Of a stretch of DNA of 64,000 bases, positions 27,275-37,890 are shown in pieces. The notes beneath the pieces were generated by a model that made no database searches, was not told the DNA's origin, and saw nothing but the letters and a program-made list of their open reading frames with translations. The translations under genes were made by a program, and so were the position numbers. Origin of the DNA: Nitrospirota bacterium (GTDB lineage Bacteria; Nitrospirota; UBA9217); contig CAWJQQ010000001.1 of assembly GCA_963845065.1 (NCBI GenBank), positions 704,001-768,000 of the forward strand, written 5' to 3'. Numbering within the stretch: position 1 is the first letter of the stretch; each line of letters starts with the position of its first letter.

Positions 27275-28804
27275 ATGAAAACCATTTTACGCTCTCTATG
27301 TTCACGATCTTTTATTTTCCTGGTGGTAGTACTGGTTGTCGGTTTTAACGATCTAGCGGAGGCACAGCCTTTAATCGATCATATGGCTTCGAACTGGATC
27401 TTAGCCGTCAGTGTAGTTGCCCTTTTGATAAGCATCGGCATGATGGCCGGATGGAGGTATTTATCCTTGTTCCGACTGAATAAAGAGTTCAAGAGGTTAG
27501 TTGGGGAGCGCAACAAAGCAGAAGACGCTTTGCGAGAAAGTGAAAAAAAATACCGACAGATTTTTGAAAATGTTCAAGACGTATTTTACCAGGCTGATGC
27601 GAGTGGCAATTTTATTGATGTCAGTCCCTCCGTCCTTCACTATTCTGGATTTTCTCGGGAAGAACTCATCGGCAAGCCTGCATCATATTTTTATGCTAAT
27701 ATGGATGACAGAACGAGGCTTTCCAAGGCGCTGCAGAAAACGGGTGAGGTTGTAGATTTTGAGCTTGTTCTGAAGGCGAAGGACAACCGGACCATATATG
27801 CATCTCTTAACGCTCACTTTTTGTATGACGCGTCAGGGCAGCCCTCTGGGATAGAGGGCGCCCTTCGAGACATCACAGAACGCAAACGGATGGAAGAAGA
27901 ACTGCGAGAAAGTGAAGCAAGATTAAGTAATATTACGGAAATGATCGGCGAGGGACTTTATGTTCTCGACGAGCTGGGCCACATACAATTTATGAACCCT
28001 GAGGCGGAAAAACTATTGGGCTGGAACGAAGCAGAACTCCTGGGGAAAGAGTTCTATGCAATGGTTCACTGTGAGAAGACCGACGGCACAGGTGTGACGA
28101 CATCGGAGTGCTCTATATTGAAGAACGTCGGCCTCGGTGGGACGTATCGAAGTGAGGACAACCTCTTCACGCGTAGAGATGGGGTATTGTTTCCTGTTTC
28201 CATTGTAGCGACCCCACTCATGAAACATGGACAGTTTGCAGGAACCGTGGTCGTGTTTCAAGACATCACCGATCGAAAGAGAATGGAAGCGGAGTTGGAA
28301 ATGCTCAATGAGTTCTTGGTGCGTCAGGCGACCACAGATCCACTTACGGGAATTTCCAACCGGGTGAAATTTACCGACTCTCTTAATATGGAGATCCGCC
28401 GAGCAGGACGATTCGGTACGGAGCTTACTCTCATCATGTTTGACGTTGATCATTTTAAGGATATCAATGACAACTACGGCCATCAGGCAGGAGATGAAGT
28501 CCTGCGTAACTTGACCGGCCTAGTCACCAACAGCATCAGGGCGTCTGACCTCTTCGCACGGTGGGGTGGAGAAGAGTTCATGATTCTAATCATTAATACA
28601 TCCATTAATAAGGCTCGATTGTTCGCAGAGAAGCTGCGGCGTATGATAGACAGCCGAAAATTTCCCGTTGTCGGGCATGTTACCTGCAGTTTCGGAGTGG
28701 CCCAGATGGAAGCAGATGATAATGATGACCGTTTTACGCGAAGGGTGGACGATGCTCTGTACCGGGCCAAGGCAAGAGGTCGGAACCGGGTGGAAGCTGC
28801 TTAA
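27275..28804 (+). CDS. Membrane-anchored PAS-PAS-GGDEF diguanylate cyclase (start uncertain)
   Basis: Two hydrophobic segments, two PAS/PAC units ending DITERK and DITDRK, DVDHFK.IND.YGHQAGD, and an RxxD I-site before GGEEF. Confidence 0.93.
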   Translation: MKTILRSLCSRSFIFLVVVLVVGFNDLAEAQPLIDHMASNWILAVSVVALLISIGMMAGWRYLSLFRLNKEFKRLVGERNKAEDALRESEKKYRQIFENVQDVFYQADASGNFIDVSPSVLHYSGFSREELIGKPASYFYANMDDRTRLSKALQKTGEVVDFELVLKAKDNRTIYASLNAHFLYDASGQPSGIEGALRDITERKRMEEELRESEARLSNITEMIGEGLYVLDELGHIQFMNPEAEKLLGWNEAELLGKEFYAMVHCEKTDGTGVTTSECSILKNVGLGGTYRSEDNLFTRRDGVLFPVSIVATPLMKHGQFAGTVVVFQDITDRKRMEAELEMLNEFLVRQATTDPLTGISNRVKFTDSLNMEIRRAGRFGTELTLIMFDVDHFKDINDNYGHQAGDEVLRNLTGLVTNSIRASDLFARWGGEEFMILIINTSINKARLFAEKLRRMIDSRKFPVVGHVTCSFGVAQMEADDNDDRFTRRVDDALYRAKARGRNRVEAA

Positions 28805-28943
28805 CCGGCTGGTCAATAATTGAGGGCCTTACCGCAAAATAAAGAGCAGGAAGAACCGGGAAAATGTCCTGAGAACTTCTTAAAAAAATAACATTCGACG
28901 ATGAGAACACGAAATATCATGCAATAAGCTATCAACGTTTTAG

Positions 28944-29350
28944 CGCCTAGAAAGCCCCTGGCTTGTTCCATGGTGATGAATTGCTGTGCCGTTGATTTTT
29001 CTGCCATCGCGGTATAGGTGTATTTATCATACGCTCCTTGAAAGCCACAGATATGGGGTTCCGGCGAAAAAGTAACCGGGTAAAATCCTTGTCAGTCCTC
29101 TATATTGCCCGACAGATTAAGTCCGGCCCTATGCATGCCTGCTCCTCGAACTGGCGATATTGAGATTGTAATATCAAGCGACGATTGATCAGATTTTTAG
29201 CTATCGGCTTTGGCCTGCAGGCCTGAGGTAGAATTGTTTGCCCGTTAAAGGCGGACCAACGACAATCAAGATTGACAACTAAAATTTATTACCGAATCGC
29301 TTGCCGGCATTGCCGTTAGTACCTCCTGCTTTCAAGTATGAGGTGTGTCA
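28944..29350 (+). mobile_element. Highly decayed IS200/IS605-type remnant
   Basis: Left-end-like cgcctagaaagcccctggcttgttccatggtgatgaattgc and right-end-like acctcctgctttcaagtatgaggtgtgtca, with no ORF between. Confidence 0.4.
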
Positions 29351-29442
29351 TCCCTTTCTCCTATTTCTGGTAAATAACATACTCCCTTCCGGAAGCCTTG
29401 AGGTTTTTGCGTTGATATCCTAATAACGCTAATTCGTAGTTT

Positions 29443-29658
29443 TCAAGCCGCCTTAGGACTTGATTCCCGTGCTACATTGAACTTAAAACTATAGATCGTA
29501 AAATCTTCCTTCGGGAACACCATTTTGATCCTTTTAACGAACTCTTCGCTTACGATCTTTTCGTAGTGCTGAATATCGTAATCTTTGGTACGCTCTGTGG
29601 TTCCTTGAAGATCCATGTCCAGGTAAAAGTCCATATCCGGTGATATACGCAACCGCAT
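29443..29658 (-). CDS. Small hypothetical protein (71 aa)
   Basis: Strong AGGAGGTG RBS before ATG 29658 and a protein-like composition. Confidence 0.6.
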   Translation of the reverse strand: MRLRISPDMDFYLDMDLQGTTERTKDYDIQHYEKIVSEEFVKRIKMVFPKEDFTIYSFKFNVARESSPKAA

Positions 29659-29799
29659 ACACGTCACCTCCTTCTGCAGTTTGATCCCCTTAAAAGTCAT
29701 TGCGAGTATTTCTCCCTACCATTTATATTATATCGCTTTTTCAAATCAGGTGAATCAAGCCGTCGCTGCAGTTCGGTTCATAGTTTGATCGTGAGATAC

Positions 29800-30050
29800 A
29801 CCGAGCCTCAGTCCCGATAGATGAGCAAGAGTACAGTATCATTCTCCCCAAGCTTCGATACCACCTCGTCATAATTCTCCGCTCTCTTGGATCGCTTCAC
29901 GGTTCACTTCCTGGATCTTATCGACGGTCTTGAGTTTGTTGGAGTCGTCGATCTTGAGCACTGGTAAATTCTTTGCATTGATCTTGACGACCGCAAGGTC
30001 CGTTCTTGGATCGGTGCCCACAACCTTGCCTTTGAATTCACGCTTAGTGT
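29800..30050 (-). pseudogene. DegP/HtrA serine protease remnant
   Basis: REFKGKVVGTDPRTDLAVVKI (protease domain) is joined directly to IQEVNREAI...EVVSKLGENDTVLLLIYR (last PDZ domain end). Confidence 0.7.
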
Positions 30051-30170
30051 TGGGATAGTTACCCACTTCTCTGACAAATAATACACAATATTTATTGAAT
30101 ATTGGGTCAGAACTTAAGAAATAATCATATATTATTTGAAATAAAAAATAGCGCGGAGACCCTACAGACT

Positions 30171-33100
30171 TCAGCGGTAAGAGTGTATCAATTCAAGCCT
30201 GGCACTATCGAGAAAGAGTATGTATCCGTCCACTGATGTGAGTCTGAACAGTTCTTTTATAGCCTCGCAGTAAATCTGGATCTGCGGCCGGTAATGGTCG
30301 ATCCAGCTCTTGAGGGCCTCATCATTTTCGATGAAAATTGCCTTGTAATCGATGATATACCCCTTTCTGTCCTTGATTACCACTCGATCAATGATCCCGC
30401 TCACGAGCGAATTCCCTTTTTTGTACAGGAAAGGAAGCTCAGAGTACATGGAAACCTCCCGCTTAAATATCCATGCGAGTTCTCTGTTTGTAAGAATAGT
30501 ACCTACTACTGACTTGGACTCATCGATGAACCGCCGTAGATTTACTGTTTCGAGGGATATGATGTCAGGATACTTGGCGATGATTTGATCGATCTGATAT
30601 GAGCCATATTTCGCATAATCCTCCAGGCAGCGGTGAAGCACGCTTCCTCGAGTGAGGGGAGAAACAGCGCCAGCAGTGGTCTCGACCGATACCAGCTCAG
30701 CTGCTGTTTCTGTTTTATGTTCGATAAAATCTGTAGCCTTTTTCCATTCCAGCGATTGCGAAGGTGGAATCGGGGAAAGATTGTCTATGACCTTTTGAGT
30801 ATCTATGTGAGGCGATGTGGATTGACGCGAATTACAGTTCTGTGGAGTGTCAATAATCAAGTCCTCAGCCTGCAACGAGGTTCCGACTGGATATTCATAG
30901 GTAGTGATGCCCGGTCTTAATTTGATTTCCGAATCGAACAGCTGCTTCGGAGATGCAATATGAAGATAGTCCAACCAGGTAGATTGCTTGAGCGGTTTTT
31001 TGTCATCTTTCCTCACGCCTATCATGACCAAATGATCGCGAGCACGTGTCATGGCTACGTACAGAAGCCTTTGATGCTCTCGCCTGAGTTCCTCCATTTC
31101 CTGCTTCCATAATTCTTCGTAGAGCGGGTTCGCCGCGTCCTTAACAGCCATGCGTGCTTCATGGCCTGTTTCAACAATAATTACGTCCGGCCCGCGGGTA
31201 ACGGACCGCTGTGTCTGATTCATGCCTGGAAGGAACACGATAGGATATTCAAGTCCCTTTGACTTATGCACGGTCATGATGCTAACCGTGCCCTGGAAGC
31301 CGGGCAGGTTCATATCTGCAGTAGCTTCACGTTGTTCAGCCTCGCGAATGTTCTTGACCCATTCGACGAAGTCCTGGAGCGTGGTATAGCCCCTGCGGTC
31401 GAATTCCCGAGCAGTGTCGAGGAGTTTATCGATATTGAAAATTGCCTGGGGATTGCGTCTACCGAAACGGACGTATGCACCAGTATCCTCGACTATTTTA
31501 TGGACAAGATTCGAAAGAGACGCAAGCCCGGCGATGCTCATCCAATTCTGCAGGAGTTCCCCGGTGGCTGGCCGGCTTTTTTTAAGTGCGTTGATCAAAT
31601 TCCCGTCTTTCTGTATTAGATCGAAGAGGTCTTTTTCTGAGAAGCCGAAGAGAGGGGATTTGAGTGCAGCTGCAAGCGAGAGCATGTCGGCTCGGTTCCA
31701 CAGAAAAAAAAGAATGTTGATCAGTGCCTGAATTTCGTCCTCATCATAGAACCCGATGCCGCCGACAACGCGGAAGGGGATGTCTGCGGACTCCAAGGCT
31801 GCTTCATATTCCTTGAGCTTTGTACGCGATTGGATCAGTACCGCGCAGTCGCCGTAGCAGGCAGGGCGTACATGCCAGCTACTGTCCTTGATGACAGTTC
31901 TCCCGTGCTGAGGGGAACCCGGCATTTGTTCGAAAATCGTCGTTCTCGCTTCGGTGACCCTCTTGATTTCTCGTGAAAGTATTTCTGCTTCGTTCAGGCC
32001 AACAGACGTTACTTCTGTCACCATCGGCGATAATTCTATGAGACGTACACTCCCTTTTTGGTTTTTACGTTCCACTTCTGAAGGCTTGTATGAATCACCC
32101 CAGAGTGTGCCAAAAACCTGGTTTACTATCTCGATGATTTCCTGTGTTGATCGGAAATTCCTGTCCAGTGTAAGGATCTCGCGCGATTCTGCAGGAATAT
32201 TCTTTTCCATTTTATTTCTAACGTCCTCTAGTAAGCGGTAGTTTGCCTCGCGAAAACGGTATATGGACTGTTTTTCATCGCCTACGACGAAGAGAGTAGG
32301 CCGCATGGGTTTATCCGCTCCCTGGCCCGCGAAGATCTCCTCGGTCAGTTTGTTCATGATGGCCCATTGGATGTCGCTCGTGTCCTGGAACTCGTCAACG
32401 AGAATATGGAGGATCTTTCGGTCAAGCCAATAAAGGATATCGGGAGAGTCCTGCCCCTGGAGAAGGCGATAAGCATAGATCTCGAGGTCGTCGAAGTCCA
32501 GAAGACCTTCCCTGAGCTTTGATTCCTGATAGTTGCTCTCGGCACGCTGGTACAAACGCAGGAGGCTTAAAGACTCATAGCCTGCCTGCCTGCTTGAATA
32601 AAGCGTTCGCAGCCTCTCTAATATCTCCTGAACAGAGAGGAATGAGTTTTCATATTCTTCACGGTTTTTGCCCAGATATTTGCCTTTGGCGATGTAGGCT
32701 CTTTTGCTCGGCGCGCCATCCTTTTTGAAATAGATTGTGGCAAGAGACTTCGAAATCCTCACGGCGGCTTCAATGGTTTCCTCTTTGGCCAACAGAAGAT
32801 GCTTTTGTCCCAGACATTCATCATAAAAATCAGGCTGTGATTGGAGGATTTGCTCCATGTGTTGAAAAACCCTGCGCCATTCCGAGCTTGCAATAAATTC
32901 CTGCAGCTTCGATTCTGCCTGGTCTATGCTCATGCCGGTACGGACGGTGCGAATTAATCCCGAAGGCCCGCCTGCATCGATTTCCATCCGTTTTAGCTTG
33001 CTTCTGATGGAGATTAAGAACGTAAGCACCGATACAAGCTCGTCGGCAGTGAATTGACCGAGCGGGTCCATGGCCCCGGAAACGTGGTCTGATTCCTCTA

Positions 33101-33536
33101 GTGCGGCTTCGATCGCATTTTGAATTTTATGAGTCTGGTCCCGTGCATCAAGCACGTCGAAATCGGGAGGAAGCCCTGCTTCAAGCGGATAACGTTTGAG
33201 CAGGTTCATACAGAAAGAGTGTATTGTGGATATGCGGAGGTCCTGCCTACCACGGATGATTTTTTTAAGCATGGCCTCAGGCAGGTCATGCATCACGCGC
33301 TCTTTAATCTCTGCTGCTGCTTTATCAGTGAACGTGATAGCTACGGCCTGATCGATGTTGAGACCGCGATTATCCAGCATGTCAAGGAGTGCGAGGTACC
33401 GGTCCTTGAGCGCACGCGTTTTACCTGAACCGGCGGAGGCCGAAAGGTGCACGGATTTTGATGGGTCGGCTGTTTTAGACATAACCTGGTTTTTGGAGTT
33501 GGCCGTCATGTTTTCGTCATTGATAGGAGGGTACAA
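30171..33536 (-). CDS. addA: AddA-type UvrD helicase with a C-terminal PD-(D/E)XK nuclease
   Basis: ASAGSGKT, TIHSFC, VDEFQDT, VGDEKQSIYRFR, MTVHKSKGLE, YVAMTRA and GIIDRV...IIDYK. Confidence 0.9.
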   Translation of the reverse strand: MYPPINDENMTANSKNQVMSKTADPSKSVHLSASAGSGKTRALKDRYLALLDMLDNRGLNIDQAVAITFTDKAAAEIKERVMHDLPEAMLKKIIRGRQDLRISTIHSFCMNLLKRYPLEAGLPPDFDVLDARDQTHKIQNAIEAALEESDHVSGAMDPLGQFTADELVSVLTFLISIRSKLKRMEIDAGGPSGLIRTVRTGMSIDQAESKLQEFIASSEWRRVFQHMEQILQSQPDFYDECLGQKHLLLAKEETIEAAVRISKSLATIYFKKDGAPSKRAYIAKGKYLGKNREEYENSFLSVQEILERLRTLYSSRQAGYESLSLLRLYQRAESNYQESKLREGLLDFDDLEIYAYRLLQGQDSPDILYWLDRKILHILVDEFQDTSDIQWAIMNKLTEEIFAGQGADKPMRPTLFVVGDEKQSIYRFREANYRLLEDVRNKMEKNIPAESREILTLDRNFRSTQEIIEIVNQVFGTLWGDSYKPSEVERKNQKGSVRLIELSPMVTEVTSVGLNEAEILSREIKRVTEARTTIFEQMPGSPQHGRTVIKDSSWHVRPACYGDCAVLIQSRTKLKEYEAALESADIPFRVVGGIGFYDEDEIQALINILFFLWNRADMLSLAAALKSPLFGFSEKDLFDLIQKDGNLINALKKSRPATGELLQNWMSIAGLASLSNLVHKIVEDTGAYVRFGRRNPQAIFNIDKLLDTAREFDRRGYTTLQDFVEWVKNIREAEQREATADMNLPGFQGTVSIMTVHKSKGLEYPIVFLPGMNQTQRSVTRGPDVIIVETGHEARMAVKDAANPLYEELWKQEMEELRREHQRLLYVAMTRARDHLVMIGVRKDDKKPLKQSTWLDYLHIASPKQLFDSEIKLRPGITTYEYPVGTSLQAEDLIIDTPQNCNSRQSTSPHIDTQKVIDNLSPIPPSQSLEWKKATDFIEHKTETAAELVSVETTAGAVSPLTRGSVLHRCLEDYAKYGSYQIDQIIAKYPDIISLETVNLRRFIDESKSVVGTILTNRELAWIFKREVSMYSELPFLYKKGNSLVSGIIDRVVIKDRKGYIIDYKAIFIENDEALKSWIDHYRPQIQIYCEAIKELFRLTSVDGYILFLDSARLELIHSYR

Positions 33537-33542
33537 CCGTCA

Positions 33543-36500
33543 TTATGTTTCTTCCTTCTCACACATCATTTTTATCGGACAGTATCGACACCTATTTTCG
33601 TCCTGTGGTTTCGAAGTAAAAGCTCCTGCGAGTATGCCCTCTACTGCCTTGCGTGCCTTGCCCATACTCTGCTTTAGTATTGTTTCGAACTCTTCTAGAC
33701 TCTTGGAGCTTGCATTCGGCTTTGATGATGGATGATCATCGCGTGCCTCATTATTAAAGAGAACTACATCGCGTGCGCCTGCATCGGTTTTGCCCGCGAG
33801 GTCATAGTAAGCAAGTCCAATGGGTTTATTAAGCTCTAGGCCGGGGCTTTTTAACGTTGACTGTGCCATTACTGCATAGACCGGGAGCTGGAATATGTCC
33901 TGGTCAGTATTCATTCTCGGCAGAGGGTATTTGCCGGTTTTGTAGTCTACGATGATGAAGTTGCCGTTTATGTCAACATCAATGCGGTCAATCTTGGCCG
34001 AGAGTTCGACTTCTTCGCCGTCAGAAAGGCTGAGGGGGAATCGATCAATCTTCTGTTCCAGATAAGCAGGCTTCATTCCCTGTTTCCAGAATCCTTCCTC
34101 TCCATCTAGAAACCGCTCGGCCATGACGGTAAGGAACAATTCCTTCTCGCGCCGATTGCGAAAGGTGTCCGCCTCGTCAGCAAAGGCAGCGTCAGCCAAT
34201 TTATTCAAGAGCACTCGTGCCTCGACTCTGCCCTCCCGCGTGACTGGGTTGCTCCAGGCAAGATAAAAATTCTTGAGGATTGTGTGCACTTTACTGCCTC
34301 GGTCAAGTGGAGAAATGTCTTCAGTCGCTTCCTCCAGAGGTCCAAGGCCTAAGACCTTCGTGACCAGGTAATCATAAGGACAGCGAAGATAGAGATCGAG
34401 TTCGGTGATCGAGAATGTACGCTTTTGTTTTGGCAGGATGGCGTGAGCGGATGCCACTGGCGCAGGTGCTATTGCCTCTGCAATGCCGGCCATACCACTA
34501 ATGCCAGAATTGAGGAGGTCCGTCAATCCCTTATCGCTTTTTACAAGACTGATGGCCTTGGCGAGTTCGGGAATACTGTGGCAATCCTCGATCATCAAGC
34601 TGCACTGAATACCGGATGTCTGCTTTATTCCGCGGTTTATCAAACCGCCATGCTTGAGGGGTGTTAGCTCCTCCAGGAATGGTGACGGTACCACAGGTCG
34701 GTCCCCTTCATTTTCAGGATAAGTCAGCGTAATCTTGTCCGCCGAGAGCAATAGCCGATAGAAATGACCGGCCGCGTTCAGACGCGCTTTTTCTAATGTG
34801 CGTACACCTAGGGTTTCCAACATCAATTCGGGCAGGAATATATTTTGAGGGAGACGCTGCGGAAACGTCCCATCGGTCAGACCGCCGAGATAGATTTCAT
34901 TCCAAGCGTGGCCCATGCTTTCTTCGAGCCCAAGAATCTGCACTCCTCCTTCGTCTTCGGGCGGCACCTGAAACCGGGTATGCATAAACGTCTTCTTAAG
35001 GAGGAAAAAATATTCATTGAACGTGTATCGGTACTCAGGGAAAAACTTTCCAGCCTGAGAAAGCGAAGTGAGCGTGTCTTTCATTTTTTTATGCGCCTGC
35101 AAATTGATGTTCAGGGGGCCTTTGATAAGCGCCACCCGTGCGGCGAGTCCGGACCATGTCATAAGATGCGAGAACCGCTCCATCCATATAGAAAGCGGCG
35201 CCGTATCCTTCCGGGAGAATGGTTCGAGACTGCCTAAGAGGTCCTTGAGTGGTCCGCTGAGTATGTCATTGTCTTTTTCACCAGGTACATGATACTTCAG
35301 CGCAGACAGCAGCTTCTCCTTTCCCCCAGTTATGCGACTATGTCGGATAAGCCTGTCGAGAACAGGGGCGAGCTCCGGAATCTCGCCAAATTTCAGGAGT
35401 GTTGAACTGAATATGCGTACGAGTGACGGGCCGGAGAAATCTTCCTGACAAGCTCGAAGCAAAGAGATGACCGTGGTTGCCACGGGAGAAGAGCTAAGCT
35501 GCCTACCGAGGGCGCGGTTGTAGGGGATACCGTAATCGGTAAAAATCTCTTCAACGAGCGGGCCATATTCGTCGAGTCCAGGAAAGGCAACGAGGATTGA
35601 GTCAGGAGTTGTTCCTTGTTTAAGCGACTGCTTCACACCGGCGGCAATGAGCGATACTTCTTCACGGGCATTGACGGTGGAGAGCAATCTGATGTCTTTT
35701 GAAAATGATAGAGGATCGGGCGCTTCCGCGGCAGATGTTTCGAACGTTTTATCCGAGAATAATACCGAGGAGAGGAACAGCTCGTTTCTGCCGGGTGCAT
35801 AACCTCCCGCTTCAGGAGAGACCCCCAGCAGCGAGATGAAATCTTTAGTTATACTGAGCGGGTGAAATGCCGATGCTTTTGTAATAAGCGCCACAGACGT
35901 CGCCTGTACGAGGAATGTACAGTTCTCTCGAACAGCCGTTTTTAGGAGGATTTCGGTTTCAATTCTCCCTGCATCGTGAAGGCCGTCGATAATGATACTA
36001 GTATAGCCGGCGAGGGCTCCAGATGCGACATGGTCTCGTATGTGTGCGCGCATGCCAGCAGGGTCCGTTATATTCCTATACTTGAGCTCTCTTTCGTAGT
36101 CACGGTATACAGCAATGAGTAGCATTACCTGTTGCTTATCGGAAAAATCTTCCCCTTTGATCCTGCGGTCAAGATCATCGGCACTTACGCCTGCCGCTGA
36201 CAATTGTTCTATCATTTTTGCGAGTTCAGCGGAAAGAGCAGGGGCAAGCAGGTCAGGGTTCTGGCCGAAGAGACGGCCGCTGGTGAGATGCCCTTTGACA
36301 ATGCCTTCGAGCAGTATGATTCTGCTGTTTTCGTCGATGAGGCGAGGACCCTGCAAAGGGGCGTATAGATGCTCGAAAAGCTGGTGAAGTGTCAGGATCT
36401 TGGGCTGGACGAGTGCAGCGGCGCCGAATTTTATCTGAACTATGTCCAAAAGCATCTTCCCGTAGGTGCGCTTCATGCGCGATGAGGAGACGATGATCAG

Positions 36501-36611
36501 AGCATCGTTAAAGATAAATGGCGGCGTTGGCCGGGAAGAGATGATTTCTTCTAGTAAGCGTCGTTTTTCTTTCCAGCCTTCATTCCCATGTGGTATTACG
36601 AGTAATTTCAT
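33543..36611 (-). CDS. addB: AddB-type nuclease subunit
   Basis: Inactive helicase-like N-terminus, CPY, RGSKVH, KIDRID...VDYKTG, QLPVY, and C-terminal CRYC....C Fe-S staple. Directly upstream of addA. Confidence 0.87.
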   Translation of the reverse strand: MKLLVIPHGNEGWKEKRRLLEEIISSRPTPPFIFNDALIIVSSSRMKRTYGKMLLDIVQIKFGAAALVQPKILTLHQLFEHLYAPLQGPRLIDENSRIILLEGIVKGHLTSGRLFGQNPDLLAPALSAELAKMIEQLSAAGVSADDLDRRIKGEDFSDKQQVMLLIAVYRDYERELKYRNITDPAGMRAHIRDHVASGALAGYTSIIIDGLHDAGRIETEILLKTAVRENCTFLVQATSVALITKASAFHPLSITKDFISLLGVSPEAGGYAPGRNELFLSSVLFSDKTFETSAAEAPDPLSFSKDIRLLSTVNAREEVSLIAAGVKQSLKQGTTPDSILVAFPGLDEYGPLVEEIFTDYGIPYNRALGRQLSSSPVATTVISLLRACQEDFSGPSLVRIFSSTLLKFGEIPELAPVLDRLIRHSRITGGKEKLLSALKYHVPGEKDNDILSGPLKDLLGSLEPFSRKDTAPLSIWMERFSHLMTWSGLAARVALIKGPLNINLQAHKKMKDTLTSLSQAGKFFPEYRYTFNEYFFLLKKTFMHTRFQVPPEDEGGVQILGLEESMGHAWNEIYLGGLTDGTFPQRLPQNIFLPELMLETLGVRTLEKARLNAAGHFYRLLLSADKITLTYPENEGDRPVVPSPFLEELTPLKHGGLINRGIKQTSGIQCSLMIEDCHSIPELAKAISLVKSDKGLTDLLNSGISGMAGIAEAIAPAPVASAHAILPKQKRTFSITELDLYLRCPYDYLVTKVLGLGPLEEATEDISPLDRGSKVHTILKNFYLAWSNPVTREGRVEARVLLNKLADAAFADEADTFRNRREKELFLTVMAERFLDGEEGFWKQGMKPAYLEQKIDRFPLSLSDGEEVELSAKIDRIDVDINGNFIIVDYKTGKYPLPRMNTDQDIFQLPVYAVMAQSTLKSPGLELNKPIGLAYYDLAGKTDAGARDVVLFNNEARDDHPSSKPNASSKSLEEFETILKQSMGKARKAVEGILAGAFTSKPQDENRCRYCPIKMMCEKEET

Positions 36612-36642
36612 TATGGGGTGATTATGCCATAAGTAAAAATTA

Positions 36643-36671
36643 TTGACAATGATAAGTGCTTAGTTTATATT
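36643..36671 (+). promoter_or_regulatory. Sigma70-type promoter of fdx-trxA
   Basis: TTGACA-17-TATATT. Confidence 0.6.
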
Positions 36672-36686
36672 ACAAACAATTGTTAT

Positions 36687-36884
36687 ATGCAGTATAGCAT
36701 TGCTGAAAATAGATGCTCGGGATGCGGGACCTGTCTGGATGTGTGTCCAACTGAGGCGATTAGAATGCAAGAAGGGCATGCAATTATAACAGTAGAATGC
36801 ATTGGTTGCGGTGCCTGTCCGCGGGTCTGCCCTGAAGGCGCGATAAAGCAGGTGCTCATCACAACTGTCCAAAATTTTTTCTGA
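36687..36884 (+). CDS. 2x[4Fe-4S] ferredoxin
   Basis: CSGCGTCLDVCP and CIGCGACPRVCP. Confidence 0.9.
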   Translation: MQYSIAENRCSGCGTCLDVCPTEAIRMQEGHAIITVECIGCGACPRVCPEGAIKQVLITTVQNFF

Positions 36885-36905
36885 AATGGTTTAAAGGAGG
36901 TTGGA

Positions 36906-37229
36906 ATGGCTGAAGCGGTGACGAGTACGACATGGGAGCAGGAAGTATTGAAAGCACCCGGCCTTGTGCTGGTGGATTTTTGGGCAGTCTGGTGCGGTCC
37001 CTGCAGAATGGTGGCGCCAATCGTAGACGAAATCTCCAAAGAGTACGAAGGCAAACTTAAAGTGTTGAAGTTAAACACTGATGAAAACCCGGACGTGGCC
37101 GGCAAGTACCGTATCATGGGCATTCCGACCCTCATGTTCTTTAAAAACGGCCAGACTGTCGACCAAGTCGTGGGCGCTGTACCGAAGGCCCAGCTTAAAA
37201 CCAAAGTAGACACGTTGCTGGCAAAATAA
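36906..37229 (+). CDS. trxA: Thioredoxin
   Basis: [10 protein letters not shown] and IPT motifs. Confidence 0.97.
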   Translation: MAEAVTSTTWEQEVLKAPGLVLVDFWAVWCGPCRMVAPIVDEISKEYEGKLKVLKLNTDENPDVAGKYRIMGIPTLMFFKNGQTVDQVVGAVPKAQLKTKVDTLLAK

Positions 37230-37275
37230 CCGTTGTTTTCATCGCACCATGAGCAATGTAAGCATTGACTTTTGG

Positions 37276-37305
37276 TTGCCCGTTTCGGCGGGCATTTTTT
37301 ATTTT
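37276..37305 (+). terminator. Intrinsic terminator after trxA
   Basis: tgcccg-tttcgg-cgggca followed by T runs. Confidence 0.7.
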
Positions 37306-37335
37306 TTACTTGGAGAGAAGAAGGAGAGCCTGACG

Positions 37336-37824
37336 ATGGCCGGAAAAATACTGGCGGCATCAGCCATCCTTGTGCTGTTATTCAGCTGCATGGATAATGC
37401 GCCAAAATCGAGGGGAGCCATGGCCACTGATTTTACCCTTCAGGATCTGAATGGGGGGGGGAACGTGGTGCTCTCGGAGATGAAAGGAAGGGTTGTCCTG
37501 CTCGAGTTTTGGGCGACGTGGTGTCCGCCGTGTCGCGCATCGATCCCGGGTATTGAAAGACTCCATGAAAAGTACAAAGACAAGGGTGTGGTTGTTCTTG
37601 CCGTATCAATGGATGACAACGGATGGGATGCAGTACAGTCTTTTGTCAAGGAAAACGGTATAAAGTACACGGTGCTCAAAGGCAACGAAGATATCGCTGA
37701 AAAGTACCAGGTGCGTTCGATCCCGATGCTATTGGTGATTGATAAAGAAGGCAAAATTGTAAAACGCTATCTCGGTTACGGAAGCGACGAAGACGTCGAG
37801 AGAGACATTAAGGCAATTCTTTAG
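37336..37824 (+). CDS. TlpA/ResA-family thiol-disulfide oxidoreductase lipoprotein
   Basis: Lipobox LFSC, FWATWCPPC and SIP. Confidence 0.9.
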   Translation: MAGKILAASAILVLLFSCMDNAPKSRGAMATDFTLQDLNGGGNVVLSEMKGRVVLLEFWATWCPPCRASIPGIERLHEKYKDKGVVVLAVSMDDNGWDAVQSFVKENGIKYTVLKGNEDIAEKYQVRSIPMLLVIDKEGKIVKRYLGYGSDEDVERDIKAIL

Positions 37825-37850
37825 CCGGCGTTACGCTGCCGGTTTTTTGA

Positions 37851-37879
37851 TTGACAACACCAGGGCCTGCCGTTATAAT
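37851..37879 (+). promoter_or_regulatory. Consensus sigma70 promoter of tRNA-Gly
   Basis: TTGACA-17-TATAAT. Confidence 0.85.
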
Positions 37880-37890
37880 GATTTTCGAAA

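Noticed and set aside
36683..37360. 225-aa minus-strand ORF and similar antisense ORFs over core genes
   Set aside because: They overlap well-supported genes on the opposite strand and have no family motifs.
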